From: a virus
IMG/VR virus record: IMGVR_UViG_3300020152_000002
Coordinates: 1 to 64,000 of that record
Length of the DNA: 64,000 nucleotides
Direction: 5' to 3' (one strand)
How positions within the stretch are numbered: position 1 is the stretch's first letter; every line of letters begins with the position of its first letter. Below are positions 45,395-54,900 of this stretch, piece by piece. A program made the translations under genes and the position numbers. The notes beneath the pieces were generated by a model. That model was not told the DNA's origin. It ran no database searches and saw only the letters and a program-made list of their open reading frames with translations.

Positions 45395-48300
45395 TGGCCG
45401 AAGAAGTCTTCAAGGTCAGGTTTACGCAGGATGGCGCAAAGGAGATCGTTCGCTCCTTTGACGACTTCATCCGTGGAGCCGATACTGCGGAGGAAGCCGC
45501 ACAACGTCTGGTCAAGGCGACCAATGACGTGCGCCGGTCTGCTGACCCGGCCCAGCGAGCCTACGACAAACTGGCAGGGTCGATGCACACCCTGCGCCGC
45601 GCTGAACAAGCCGGTATCATCAGTGCGGGAGAACGGGCGCGTCTTCAAGATCGCCTGACCATCACGTCGCAGGCCCAGCTTCGGCCAATCGGTTCGCTGA
45701 TCTCGAAGATCGGCGAGGAAACGCGGGCGTGGGGGCGGTCGAACGTCGAGCGTCAGGCGACGCTCCGCACGATCAGTCAAGTCGAGAGCATGATGCGTCG
45801 CGGCATTGCCGTGACCGATCAGGAGCGGGCTGCGATCCAGCAGGCGAACACCGCCTACTATCGGAAGCGCGAGAGCCTGCGTGAAGTCGCCGAAGCGGAA
45901 GCGGCGGCTGCCGCTGCCGCGAAGAAGTCGGCGGCGGAACAGGCGACGGCGACAAACCGGATGATCCGGGAAAACGCGCAACTGCTGTCGTCCTACGAAC
46001 AGACCTATCGCAACTCCGGCAACGCCGTCGAGAGCGCCATCGCCAAGCAGAACGCCGCCATCGCCAGCGCGGCCGACGCCTACCGCCGTGGCGTCATCAG
46101 CGGTGAGCAGCTTGTCGAAGTCGAAGGCCGCATCCGTCGTCAATACGAAGAGGCCATCGACCCGACCACGCGCATCGCCCGGTTGACGCGGGAACGCGCG
46201 CAGTATCTCACTGGCCTCGCCAACAGCGGTCGCAATCTGGCGCAGGTGGAGCGCGAGCTTGCCCGGCTCGACGCGCAGGGGATCACGGTCGGCCAAGCCC
46301 GCATCCGGCAGCTTCGCCAAGAGGCGCAGGCGGTGGATCGTCTGCAAAATGGCTACGAGAGCATCGGCCGACTGCAAACGGTGTTCAGCCGGGTTCTCGG
46401 CGGTGTCGGGCTCGGCATGGCCGCTGCCTTCTTCACGCGGTCGCTCGACGACGTGACGACCTACAACAACCGGCTGCGGCTGGTGGCGACTTCGCAGGAG
46501 AACGCGAACCGCCTGTTCGACGAGGCCGTGGGCATCGCCAACAGGTCACGCTCGGCGCTGGGCGACGTGGTGGAGGCTTACGGCCGGATCGCGCGCTCGA
46601 CCCGTGAACTGGGACTGTCCCAGCAAGACGCCCTGAACATCACGGAAGCCGTCACGAAGTCCTTCCGCATCTCCGGCGCGTCCATTCAGGAAGCGTCCGC
46701 ATCGGCGGTTCAGTTCGGTCAGGCCCTCGCGTCGAACCGACTGGGCGGTGATGAACTGCGCTCGATCCTCGAACAAGCGCCGCGTCTGGCGCAGGCCGTC
46801 GTGGATGGGATCAACCTGCTGAACTCGACCGATCCTTCGACGCTGCCCAAGGCGCTGCGGGATGAGATCGCCAAGACCGGCCGCATCTCCATCGGCACGA
46901 TGCGTCAGATCGCCAAGGAAGGTCTGCTGACCAGCGATGTCGTGGCCCGTGCGGTGATGACGCAGCAGGGCGCGATCAACAGCGAGTTCGCACGGACGAT
47001 CCCGACCATCGCCGAGAGCTTCGTCGTTCTCAAGAACAACTGGCTGGCCTTCCTGAACGACTTCAACAAGGGGTCCAGCGTCGCCGCGATCATCGCGGGC
47101 GGCGTCATGCTGATCGGTCGGAACCTTGAGACCATCATTCCCATCGCGGCGACGCTCGCTGCGATGATGGCGACGGTGTTTGTCGTCAAGACCATTCAGG
47201 ACTTCGTGAACGTCATCCGGGCGGTGCCGGGGTGGATCGGCGTAGCCACGGCGGCGACACAGGCGAACACCGTGGCGACCGGCGCGAACACCGGGGCTAT
47301 CACGGCGCAGTCCGGCACCCTCGGAACGAACACCGCCGCCATCATCGCCGAGACCGAAGCTCTCGCCGCCAACAGCGCCGCCCAAGGGGCCAACGCCGGA
47401 GCCCGCGCAGGGGCCGGTGCGGCTGCCGCTGGCGGCCGTGTCGTTCAGGGCGGGGGTGCTGCCGTCAACGCGGTCGCCAACGGCATGACGGCGGCTGGCG
47501 TGGCCGCTGCTGCCGCCGCCCCGCGCGTGACCCTGATGCAGCGCGCCACGTCGGCCCTCGGGATGGCTGCGCGGGTGACGCTCGGCTTCGTTCTGGCGCT
47601 CGCCGCCGGGGTCGGCACCTTCGTCCTCGCGGCGGCTGCCGGGCTCGGGCTGGTGATCGGCCTGTGGGCGCTTCTGCGCGACAGGACGGAAGACGCGACC
47701 GAACAACTGCTGATCTACGGAGAAGGCGCAACGCAGAAGGCGATCAAGGGTCAGGTCGGCTTCTTCGATGTCGCGCTTGGTCTGTGGGATACGCTGTCCG
47801 GCAAGGTGGATGAAGTTTCGCAGTCCCAGTTGCAGCACCAGCAACAAGTCCGCGATCAAGGCATCACCGCCGCGCAGGAACGCACCGAAGCCGAAATCCA
47901 AGCTGAACAAGAGCGGCTGGACGCCAGCGCCGTTGCTGCCGCGAGCACGATGTCTGTCTACGCGCAGATGAATGAGGGTATCATCAAAGACTTCATCGGC
48001 ATGGTCGGTGATCTGGTCCGTGGCGCGACCTACATCAGCGAGACTTTCGGAACGGTGTTCAACTGGATCGGGGCCGCAGCCTCGAACATGGTCAACGCCA
48101 TCGGTCAACGGATCGCCCAGTTCTACAACCGCTTCGTTCTGCCCATCGTGAACCAAGCCGCCCGGTTCGGCATCGGCAGCGGAGGCACGGCGCTGTCCGA
48201 AGCGAACAACCAGCAAGACCTTGGCGCTGTCTGGCGGCAGGGCGACCGCAACGCCGTCATGGCGGCCGGTCAAGCTGGCAACGCCACCGAAGAACTGCTG

Positions 48301-50376
48301 GCCCGGTCGATCCTGTCTCGCGCTGCCCGCTCGCAGGGTGCCGGACGCGCCGGGCTTGAAGGCCCGACCACGCCGACGCTCACCAGCCCCTCCGGCGGAG
48401 ATGACGCGCGCCGTCGTAACCGCGAGCTTGAAGAAGCCCGCCGTCGCTACCGTCAGCTTCGGGATGAACTGGACCCTCTCGCCAAGATCACCGACGACTA
48501 CGCGGCCGATCAGGCGACCCTCAACGAGGCCCTGCAACGCGGCTTCATCACGGCGTCGCAACACGCCGACCTGATGGGCCGCCTGACGGCGCGCTACAAT
48601 GACGCCATCGACCCGCTGTCGAAGTATGTCCGTGAGTCGAACGCCGAACTGGCGATCCTACAACTGTCGGTCGGCGAGCGCGAACTGGCGACGGCGATCA
48701 TGGAGCGTGAGCGTTCCGAGCGGGAGCGCCTGCGCCGCGACCTGACCGCCGACGAGCGCGCCCGGATCGCCGAGATCGAAGGAATGCGGATCGCGGCCGA
48801 GCGCCGGGCGTCCATGGTGGACGGCATCATGGACGCGGCCCGCGCCCGTGAGATCGAGCTTGGCTATCTTGGGCAGACGCCGCAGATGATCGAAGCCGAG
48901 CAGCGCGCCCGTGGCTATCTCGACGAGGCGCTGCGGAACAACGTCGAAGGGGCGCAAGCCCTGTTCGAGCAAGCTGTCCAGCAAGAGCTTGAGTTCATCC
49001 GTCTGCGTGACGCCGGTCGTCGCGTCGATGAGATGTATCTGTCCATGACGGAGAGCAGCCGGACGCTGGCGCAGGACACCGCCGCGCTGAATACGCTGTT
49101 CGGTCAGGGTCGTATCAGCCTCGAACGCTATAACCGCGAACTTCGCAATCTGGCGCTCAATGATCTGGCCGAACAGACGGGCGGCGGCGCTGGACGTGAA
49201 CGCGCGATCCTCAATCTCAAGAACCGCACGGAGGACATGGCGTCCGGCGTGGAGACGGCGTTCAACAACGCCTTCCAGTCGATTGAGGACGGGTTCGCCG
49301 GGCTGTTCGCGGGTGCCGAGTTCGACGCCTCGCAACTGTTCAGCAACATCGCGTCCGACGCCGCGCGCATCTTCTACAGGGCTGCCATCGACCCGCTCGT
49401 CACGCGGCTTGGTCAGCAGGCCGGGCTTGCCGGGTTCGGCGACAGCGCGCAAGCGACGGCGGCTGCCGCTGCCCAGCAACAGCAGATCGAGAGCGCCCGC
49501 ACGGCTGTCGCCGCGCAGGGGGAGCAAACGCGCGCTGCCTTGGCCGGGCTGACGGCTCCTACGCAGATCAGCGAAGCCGCCACGACGCAGGCTGGCGTGG
49601 AAGCCGCCCGGACCACCGCCGCGACGACGGGCGTCCAGACGCGCGCCGCGCTCGAAGCTGCCGCCCAGCCGGGGCTCGTGTCGGCCGCCGCCGGACAGCA
49701 GGCCGCTATCGAGACGGCCAAGACGGCGGCCACGGGCACGGGCGTCGCCACCCGCGTCGGGATCGAGGCTGGGGCGCAGGGAACGCTCGCCGGGGTCAAG
49801 GCTGGCGACGTGGCCCTGCATACCGGCGCAGAGACGGCGAAGACGGCCGCCACGGTCGCCGGAGCCGCCACCCGCACCGCGACCGAAGCCTCGGCCGCTG
49901 CGACGACCAAGGGGTTGTCGATCACCAGCGCCCTCACCGAGATCGGGGCCAACGCTGTGAGGGCCGCCACGGGGGCCTACGCGGCTATCGCGGGCATCCC
50001 GGTCGTCGGGCCGGTGCTCGCGCCCGCTGCGGCTGCTGCGGCGCTCTACGGGGTCTACGCGCTGGGCCGGAAGATGTTCTCGGCCGAGCAGGGCTTCGGC
50101 AGCGTCCCCTATGACGGCGCAGTCACCGAACTTCACAAGGAAGAAATGGTGCTGCCCGCCAAGTATGCGAACCCGCTGCGTGACAATCTGGTCAACGGCG
50201 ACGGCTTCGGCGGCGGTGAACAGGCTCCGCCGGAAGTCAACATCGACCAGCAGTTCGTGAACGTCCTTGACCCGGCGGCCATGGTGGATGCTATGGAGTC
50301 GAACCGTGGCGTCCGCGCCGTGCTCAACATCATTCAGTCCAACCCCGAAGCCATCAAACGCGCTCTGTCGGTGTAA
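45394..50376 (+). CDS. tape measure protein
   Basis: 1660 aa helical; QFGQALAS..L.GDELRSILEQAP; C-terminal LHKEEMVLPA. Confidence 0.95.
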   Translation: MAEEVFKVRFTQDGAKEIVRSFDDFIRGADTAEEAAQRLVKATNDVRRSADPAQRAYDKLAGSMHTLRRAEQAGIISAGERARLQDRLTITSQAQLRPIGSLISKIGEETRAWGRSNVERQATLRTISQVESMMRRGIAVTDQERAAIQQANTAYYRKRESLREVAEAEAAAAAAAKKSAAEQATATNRMIRENAQLLSSYEQTYRNSGNAVESAIAKQNAAIASAADAYRRGVISGEQLVEVEGRIRRQYEEAIDPTTRIARLTRERAQYLTGLANSGRNLAQVERELARLDAQGITVGQARIRQLRQEAQAVDRLQNGYESIGRLQTVFSRVLGGVGLGMAAAFFTRSLDDVTTYNNRLRLVATSQENANRLFDEAVGIANRSRSALGDVVEAYGRIARSTRELGLSQQDALNITEAVTKSFRISGASIQEASASAVQFGQALASNRLGGDELRSILEQAPRLAQAVVDGINLLNSTDPSTLPKALRDEIAKTGRISIGTMRQIAKEGLLTSDVVARAVMTQQGAINSEFARTIPTIAESFVVLKNNWLAFLNDFNKGSSVAAIIAGGVMLIGRNLETIIPIAATLAAMMATVFVVKTIQDFVNVIRAVPGWIGVATAATQANTVATGANTGAITAQSGTLGTNTAAIIAETEALAANSAAQGANAGARAGAGAAAAGGRVVQGGGAAVNAVANGMTAAGVAAAAAAPRVTLMQRATSALGMAARVTLGFVLALAAGVGTFVLAAAAGLGLVIGLWALLRDRTEDATEQLLIYGEGATQKAIKGQVGFFDVALGLWDTLSGKVDEVSQSQLQHQQQVRDQGITAAQERTEAEIQAEQERLDASAVAAASTMSVYAQMNEGIIKDFIGMVGDLVRGATYISETFGTVFNWIGAAASNMVNAIGQRIAQFYNRFVLPIVNQAARFGIGSGGTALSEANNQQDLGAVWRQGDRNAVMAAGQAGNATEELLARSILSRAARSQGAGRAGLEGPTTPTLTSPSGGDDARRRNRELEEARRRYRQLRDELDPLAKITDDYAADQATLNEALQRGFITASQHADLMGRLTARYNDAIDPLSKYVRESNAELAILQLSVGERELATAIMERERSERERLRRDLTADERARIAEIEGMRIAAERRASMVDGIMDAARAREIELGYLGQTPQMIEAEQRARGYLDEALRNNVEGAQALFEQAVQQELEFIRLRDAGRRVDEMYLSMTESSRTLAQDTAALNTLFGQGRISLERYNRELRNLALNDLAEQTGGGAGRERAILNLKNRTEDMASGVETAFNNAFQSIEDGFAGLFAGAEFDASQLFSNIASDAARIFYRAAIDPLVTRLGQQAGLAGFGDSAQATAAAAAQQQQIESARTAVAAQGEQTRAALAGLTAPTQISEAATTQAGVEAARTTAATTGVQTRAALEAAAQPGLVSAAAGQQAAIETAKTAATGTGVATRVGIEAGAQGTLAGVKAGDVALHTGAETAKTAATVAGAATRTATEASAAATTKGLSITSALTEIGANAVRAATGAYAAIAGIPVVGPVLAPAAAAAALYGVYALGRKMFSAEQGFGSVPYDGAVTELHKEEMVLPAKYANPLRDNLVNGDGFGGGEQAPPEVNIDQQFVNVLDPAAMVDAMESNRGVRAVLNIIQSNPEAIKRALSV

Positions 50377-50381
50377 TCATC

Positions 50382-51323
50382 ATGTCGTGGATCACAGGAA
50401 CAGCTACCGATCTGAAAGACCTTCTTGAACAGGTCAAGGATCATGCCGTCAGCGAGGGGTGGACTGTCCATTACTCGACCGGCGGTGCTGCGCCGAATAC
50501 CGACATGTGCTTCTTTGAAGGTCCGGGTTACGGCAGCGGCTATGAATGCTACTTCGGCATTCGCACGTTCGAGAACGCTCCGAACAACCACTACTGTCTC
50601 GAACTGCGCGGACAGACGGCATATGACGGCGCAAAAGGCTGGGCGGATCAACCCGGCCGGTCGCCGAACACGACGTTCACCCGCCTGTGGAATGGCACGA
50701 TGACCTACTGGCTGGCGATCTCGGATCGCCGGATGCTGCTGATCGTCAAGTGCTCGAACACCTATCATTCGCTCTACGCCGGGTTCTTCAACCCCTTCGC
50801 CAATCCCGTCGAATACCCCTATCCCATGTATATCGCGGGCGACGCCCCGGATGTCGGGCCATTCGGTGCGACGGACGTGAATGCGCGCTCGGTGGCCTTC
50901 CCCGGTCGCGGTGGAGCCTACATGCGCGATCCGGCGGGGAACTGGCGCGTGGTCGCCGTCTGGAACGATGACGAGAGCTTCGACTTCCAGCGCGGCGCGA
51001 CCGGCGTCTTCACCGTCTGGCCCTACCTGTCCTACGTCACGAACTCGGACAACCCGGTGAACCAATACGCCTACCCGCCCTACGCTCGGGCGGAGGCGCT
51101 GCCGGGCGTCAGCGACAGCATGTTCATGTCGAACTGCTACATCATCGGCACCGATGACGAGGCGGGCGTCATGGGTGTGCTCGAAGGTGTCTACTGGGTG
51201 CCCGGCAACACGATCTCCGCCGAACAGCAGCTTACGGTGGACGGCAACACCTATCGCGTCTTCATCGCCATCTCGCGGTCGGTCGAAAGTCCGTCGCAGT
51301 TCTACGCCGTGAGGGAGGCGTAA
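50382..51323 (+). CDS. virion structural protein (tail)
   Basis: MSW.TGTA; YPYP.YIAG; G.LEGVYWV. Confidence 0.75.
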   Translation: MSWITGTATDLKDLLEQVKDHAVSEGWTVHYSTGGAAPNTDMCFFEGPGYGSGYECYFGIRTFENAPNNHYCLELRGQTAYDGAKGWADQPGRSPNTTFTRLWNGTMTYWLAISDRRMLLIVKCSNTYHSLYAGFFNPFANPVEYPYPMYIAGDAPDVGPFGATDVNARSVAFPGRGGAYMRDPAGNWRVVAVWNDDESFDFQRGATGVFTVWPYLSYVTNSDNPVNQYAYPPYARAEALPGVSDSMFMSNCYIIGTDDEAGVMGVLEGVYWVPGNTISAEQQLTVDGNTYRVFIAISRSVESPSQFYAVREA

Positions 51324-51324
51324 C

Positions 51325-52356
51325 ATGTCTTTCCAAACCGGCACCTTCGATAACACCGACACGTTGGCGGATGTCTTCGCGCTTCTGGCGTCGTTCGCGG
51401 GCTCGAACGACTGGACGGTTCATACGTCCACTGGCATCGACTTCCACGCTTCGCAGGACGAATGTCACGTCAGCCTCGTAGGCACCACCACGAGCACCAT
51501 GAACGACCAGTTCGGGCCGTCCGGCAGCGCGACTACCCCGGATCATCGCATCAACGGGCGGCTACGGGCTACCGCAGCGGCCTACAGCGCCTCGGACGTG
51601 ACCGGCAACAACGGCCGGGTTGTCTCGAATGACTGGACGCCACCCTACGCGAACTACTGGCTGTTCTCGAATGCAGACGGCGAAGCCCCCTACATCCATC
51701 TCGTCGTGCAGCGCGCGGACGGCCGCTTCAACCATCTGTCGTTCGGCGTGGTCGATAAGAAGGGTGCTTCGTATACCGGCGGTGCATTCCTTCACGGCAC
51801 CTACTGGCAATGGGGCTTTTCCGCCAACACGGAGAGCGGAGGCGCGAACGGCTCGAACCTGTCTACCGCCGCGCATCTCTATTTCGGCTCCCTGAATAAC
51901 CAGATCAACTTTGCCGGGCATAATATCTTTCTCGGCGACGTGGACGCTGATCTGATCATTCACAACAATACCGTCGTCAACTTCACTCGCGGTAAGCTGG
52001 CCCCGCTGTTCGACGCCACGAAGTCTCTGGCGGGGCATACTTCGTCGGTCTATGCGCGCTGGCTTGGCCCGTTCTTCCATCTCGGCCCGCATCCGATCAA
52101 CGGCGTAACGCCGCTGATGGAAGTTCCGGTCATGCGCTTCAACACCGAGAGTTCCCGGCTGCAATATCTCGGCTCTCTACCGGACTGGCGCTATTGCTCG
52201 ATGATCGGGCGCGATGAAGGGGAGACTGTCAACTTCTCGTCCGATGAGTGGCTGATCTTCCCGCTCAAACGCGCCCTGCCATGGAACCCGGAACCGTTTG
52301 CCGCCAAGAGCGTCACGTCCGGCCCCTACGGTGTGGCGATCAAGAAGAACGTCTAG
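51325..52356 (+). CDS. virion structural protein (tail)
   Basis: MSFQTGT; FNHLSFG..K; DEW..FP; GPYG.A. Confidence 0.75.
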   Translation: MSFQTGTFDNTDTLADVFALLASFAGSNDWTVHTSTGIDFHASQDECHVSLVGTTTSTMNDQFGPSGSATTPDHRINGRLRATAAAYSASDVTGNNGRVVSNDWTPPYANYWLFSNADGEAPYIHLVVQRADGRFNHLSFGVVDKKGASYTGGAFLHGTYWQWGFSANTESGGANGSNLSTAAHLYFGSLNNQINFAGHNIFLGDVDADLIIHNNTVVNFTRGKLAPLFDATKSLAGHTSSVYARWLGPFFHLGPHPINGVTPLMEVPVMRFNTESSRLQYLGSLPDWRYCSMIGRDEGETVNFSSDEWLIFPLKRALPWNPEPFAAKSVTSGPYGVAIKKNV

Positions 52357-52359
52357 GCC

Positions 52360-54096
52360 ATGAGCATCGGCCGGAAGTTCAGCGAGCCGGTCACGGTCTA
52401 CGATGCCTACGGGCGTCCGACGCCGGAGCCTGTGCTGGTCCATGCCTCCGTCGCCGAAGCGTCGGAGCGTTTCGCGTTCGCGGGTGACGGCGTTCTTGAG
52501 ACGCCGACCGACACCCCCTACGCAGGCATCGGCATCCGGTTCGTCAGCAGCTTCTTCGGCACCTACTATAACCGCGTCTACGCCATTCCGCGTTCGCTGG
52601 CGTTGGTCGATCCTGACAACGGCGATCCGAACACCTTCTACCTGTGGAACGCCTCGTTCGAGACGGTTGAACTGACCGACATCGCGGCCTCGGGAAACAC
52701 GGGCCTGACGCTCTCGTTCGATGTCGGTCTCGTTCTCGACGAGATGGTCCTTGGGGAAGTCGCGGTGATCGTCACTCCGGCTGCCCCCGTGGCCGCCGAT
52801 GCGGACTACAGCTTCACCTTCGACAACGGCTTCGTCGCGCCGTTCTTCGTGAGCCTGCTGCGGACGAACCTGCTGTTGCTCGCACCCGAAGTGCCGGTCA
52901 ACCAGACCCTCGAATGGAAGACCAACATCCTGACCGCGCGTGACGGCACCGAGCAGCGGTTCGGCGTTCGCCAGCTTGCCCGCGAGAGCCTGTCCTACAA
53001 GTTCATCTACGAGAGCACCGATCAGGAGCGCGAAGTCTACGCGCAGTTCTTCGCAAAGGGCGGTGAAGTCTTCTCGGTTCCGATCTGGCATGACCCGATC
53101 CGCCTGATGGAGGCAGCGACCGCAGGCGCGACGCAGGTGAAGATCGACACCGCCCGCTATGACGTGGGCGCTGACGATCAGCTTTATATCGAGCACGATG
53201 ACGGCTCCTACGAGATCGTGCGGGTCGAAGCCGTCCAGTTCGACGGCACCACCATCTCGCTTTACACGGCGCTGCTGGCGGACGTGCCGACGACCCGTCG
53301 CATTTATCGGGTGACGACCGTCTATCTGCCTAGTCGGCCGACTCTCCGCCGGGGAGCATACCAGCACCTTGAAACGACGCTCGACCTTCGGCTGACGACC
53401 GCCCGCGAACTCTATACCGGCGACGCCGTGGCCGTTGAGATCGGGCAGACGACGCAGCTTCGGGATCGGGTGATCTCGTCCACGGTCTATACGCTGGGTG
53501 GCGTTCCCATCATGCACGGTCGTCCTCTCGTTGAAGGCACCGTCGATGAGAGCTTCGACTGGAACTACGAAGTGCTGGACTACGAGACCGGCGTGTTCGA
53601 CCAGACGACACCGCTGGATAAAGCGGCTGTCACCTATGAGCGTATGTTCTACGCGCGCTATCCCTACCAGAAGTTCTTCTACAACTATGCCATGGACCAC
53701 ATGCACGGCCAACGTCGGCCAGTGTGGCTCCCGACGTGGCAGCAAGAACTCAATGGTCGCGTCACCAGCGCCATCGGGACGACGGTCATCATCGGCGACG
53801 AACGCTACTTCGACGACTTCCCGGCCGACAGCAGTCACCGGGGACTCTGGTTCCGCTGGACACAGGGCTGGCTTGCCCGGCGCGTGGTCGCGGTCGCCAA
53901 GGACGGGGAGGGCAACACGGTCGTCGAGATCGAGCCCGCCCTGCCCCTCGACTTCCCGGCAAGCCCGCCTTATCAGGTTGGGTTCCTCGTGCTGGCGAGG
54001 CTCGGGTCCGACGAAGTGCAAATCGAGCACCGGGCGGCCTATAGTCTGCTGAACATGACGTTCCAGTCCACGAACAGCACCGACGAAGGGGTGTAG
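52360..54096 (+). CDS. minor tail / distal tail protein
   Basis: LEWKTNIL...GTEQR; G...PVWLPTW; LARLGSD. Confidence 0.75.
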   Translation: MSIGRKFSEPVTVYDAYGRPTPEPVLVHASVAEASERFAFAGDGVLETPTDTPYAGIGIRFVSSFFGTYYNRVYAIPRSLALVDPDNGDPNTFYLWNASFETVELTDIAASGNTGLTLSFDVGLVLDEMVLGEVAVIVTPAAPVAADADYSFTFDNGFVAPFFVSLLRTNLLLLAPEVPVNQTLEWKTNILTARDGTEQRFGVRQLARESLSYKFIYESTDQEREVYAQFFAKGGEVFSVPIWHDPIRLMEAATAGATQVKIDTARYDVGADDQLYIEHDDGSYEIVRVEAVQFDGTTISLYTALLADVPTTRRIYRVTTVYLPSRPTLRRGAYQHLETTLDLRLTTARELYTGDAVAVEIGQTTQLRDRVISSTVYTLGGVPIMHGRPLVEGTVDESFDWNYEVLDYETGVFDQTTPLDKAAVTYERMFYARYPYQKFFYNYAMDHMHGQRRPVWLPTWQQELNGRVTSAIGTTVIIGDERYFDDFPADSSHRGLWFRWTQGWLARRVVAVAKDGEGNTVVEIEPALPLDFPASPPYQVGFLVLARLGSDEVQIEHRAAYSLLNMTFQSTNSTDEGV

Positions 54097-54099
54097 GTT

Positions 54100-54900
54100 T
54101 TGACGTTCCTCGCTGACGAGACCAGCGTAGACAAGGGGCAGCCGATTGAACTGTATAGGTTCGTCGGCTCTCTGGACGTTTATACCTACACGTCTGGCAA
54201 TCGTCCGATCACCTACAACTCCGAAGTCTACCGTCCGGTCCCGATGCAGCGCAGCGAGATCAAGCTGGGCGACGTGACTGAACGGAACGAGTTGAAGGTC
54301 ACAATGCCGATCAGCGTAAAGCTGGTGCGTGATTATGGCTTCGACATTCCGCCGCCTGAACTGACGCTTTCCATCTTCCGCGTTCACGGCGTCAGTGGCG
54401 CGATCCAGCCGTGGTTCCGAGGCAGCGTCGTCTCAATCACCATGGAGGGCAACAAAGCCTCCGTGGCGATCCCGTCGATCTTCTCGGCTTACATGTCGTC
54501 CGAGTTCCCGAACATCATGTATCAGAGCCAATGCAACTGGCCTCTGTATTCGCCGGGCTGCGGCGTGAACCGCGACGACTACCGGCTGGACACCGTTATC
54601 AACGCCATCATCGACGAGACCAAGATCGTCGTGGAGGACGCGGCTGACTACGCGAACGGATGGTTCAAGGCAGGTGAAATCGTCACGGCGCAGGAGCGCC
54701 GACTGATCGTCGAGCACAGCGGGTCTCAACTGACCCTGAACTATCCCTTCCGCTCGATGACGCAGGGCATGAATGTCACGGCCTACGCCGGGTGCGACCA
54801 CAGCATTCAGACGTGCCACGAGAAGTTCGACAATCTGGTCAACTTCTTCGGGTTCCCCTACACGCCATCTCTCAACCCCTTCCTCGTGGGGCTGCGCTAA
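54100..54900 (+). CDS. DUF2163/BR0599 family tail hub protein
   Basis: G.PIELYRF; YQ..C...LY...CGV; AGCD....C..KF.N..NF.GFP..P..NPF. Confidence 0.88.
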   Translation: MTFLADETSVDKGQPIELYRFVGSLDVYTYTSGNRPITYNSEVYRPVPMQRSEIKLGDVTERNELKVTMPISVKLVRDYGFDIPPPELTLSIFRVHGVSGAIQPWFRGSVVSITMEGNKASVAIPSIFSAYMSSEFPNIMYQSQCNWPLYSPGCGVNRDDYRLDTVINAIIDETKIVVEDAADYANGWFKAGEIVTAQERRLIVEHSGSQLTLNYPFRSMTQGMNVTAYAGCDHSIQTCHEKFDNLVNFFGFPYTPSLNPFLVGLR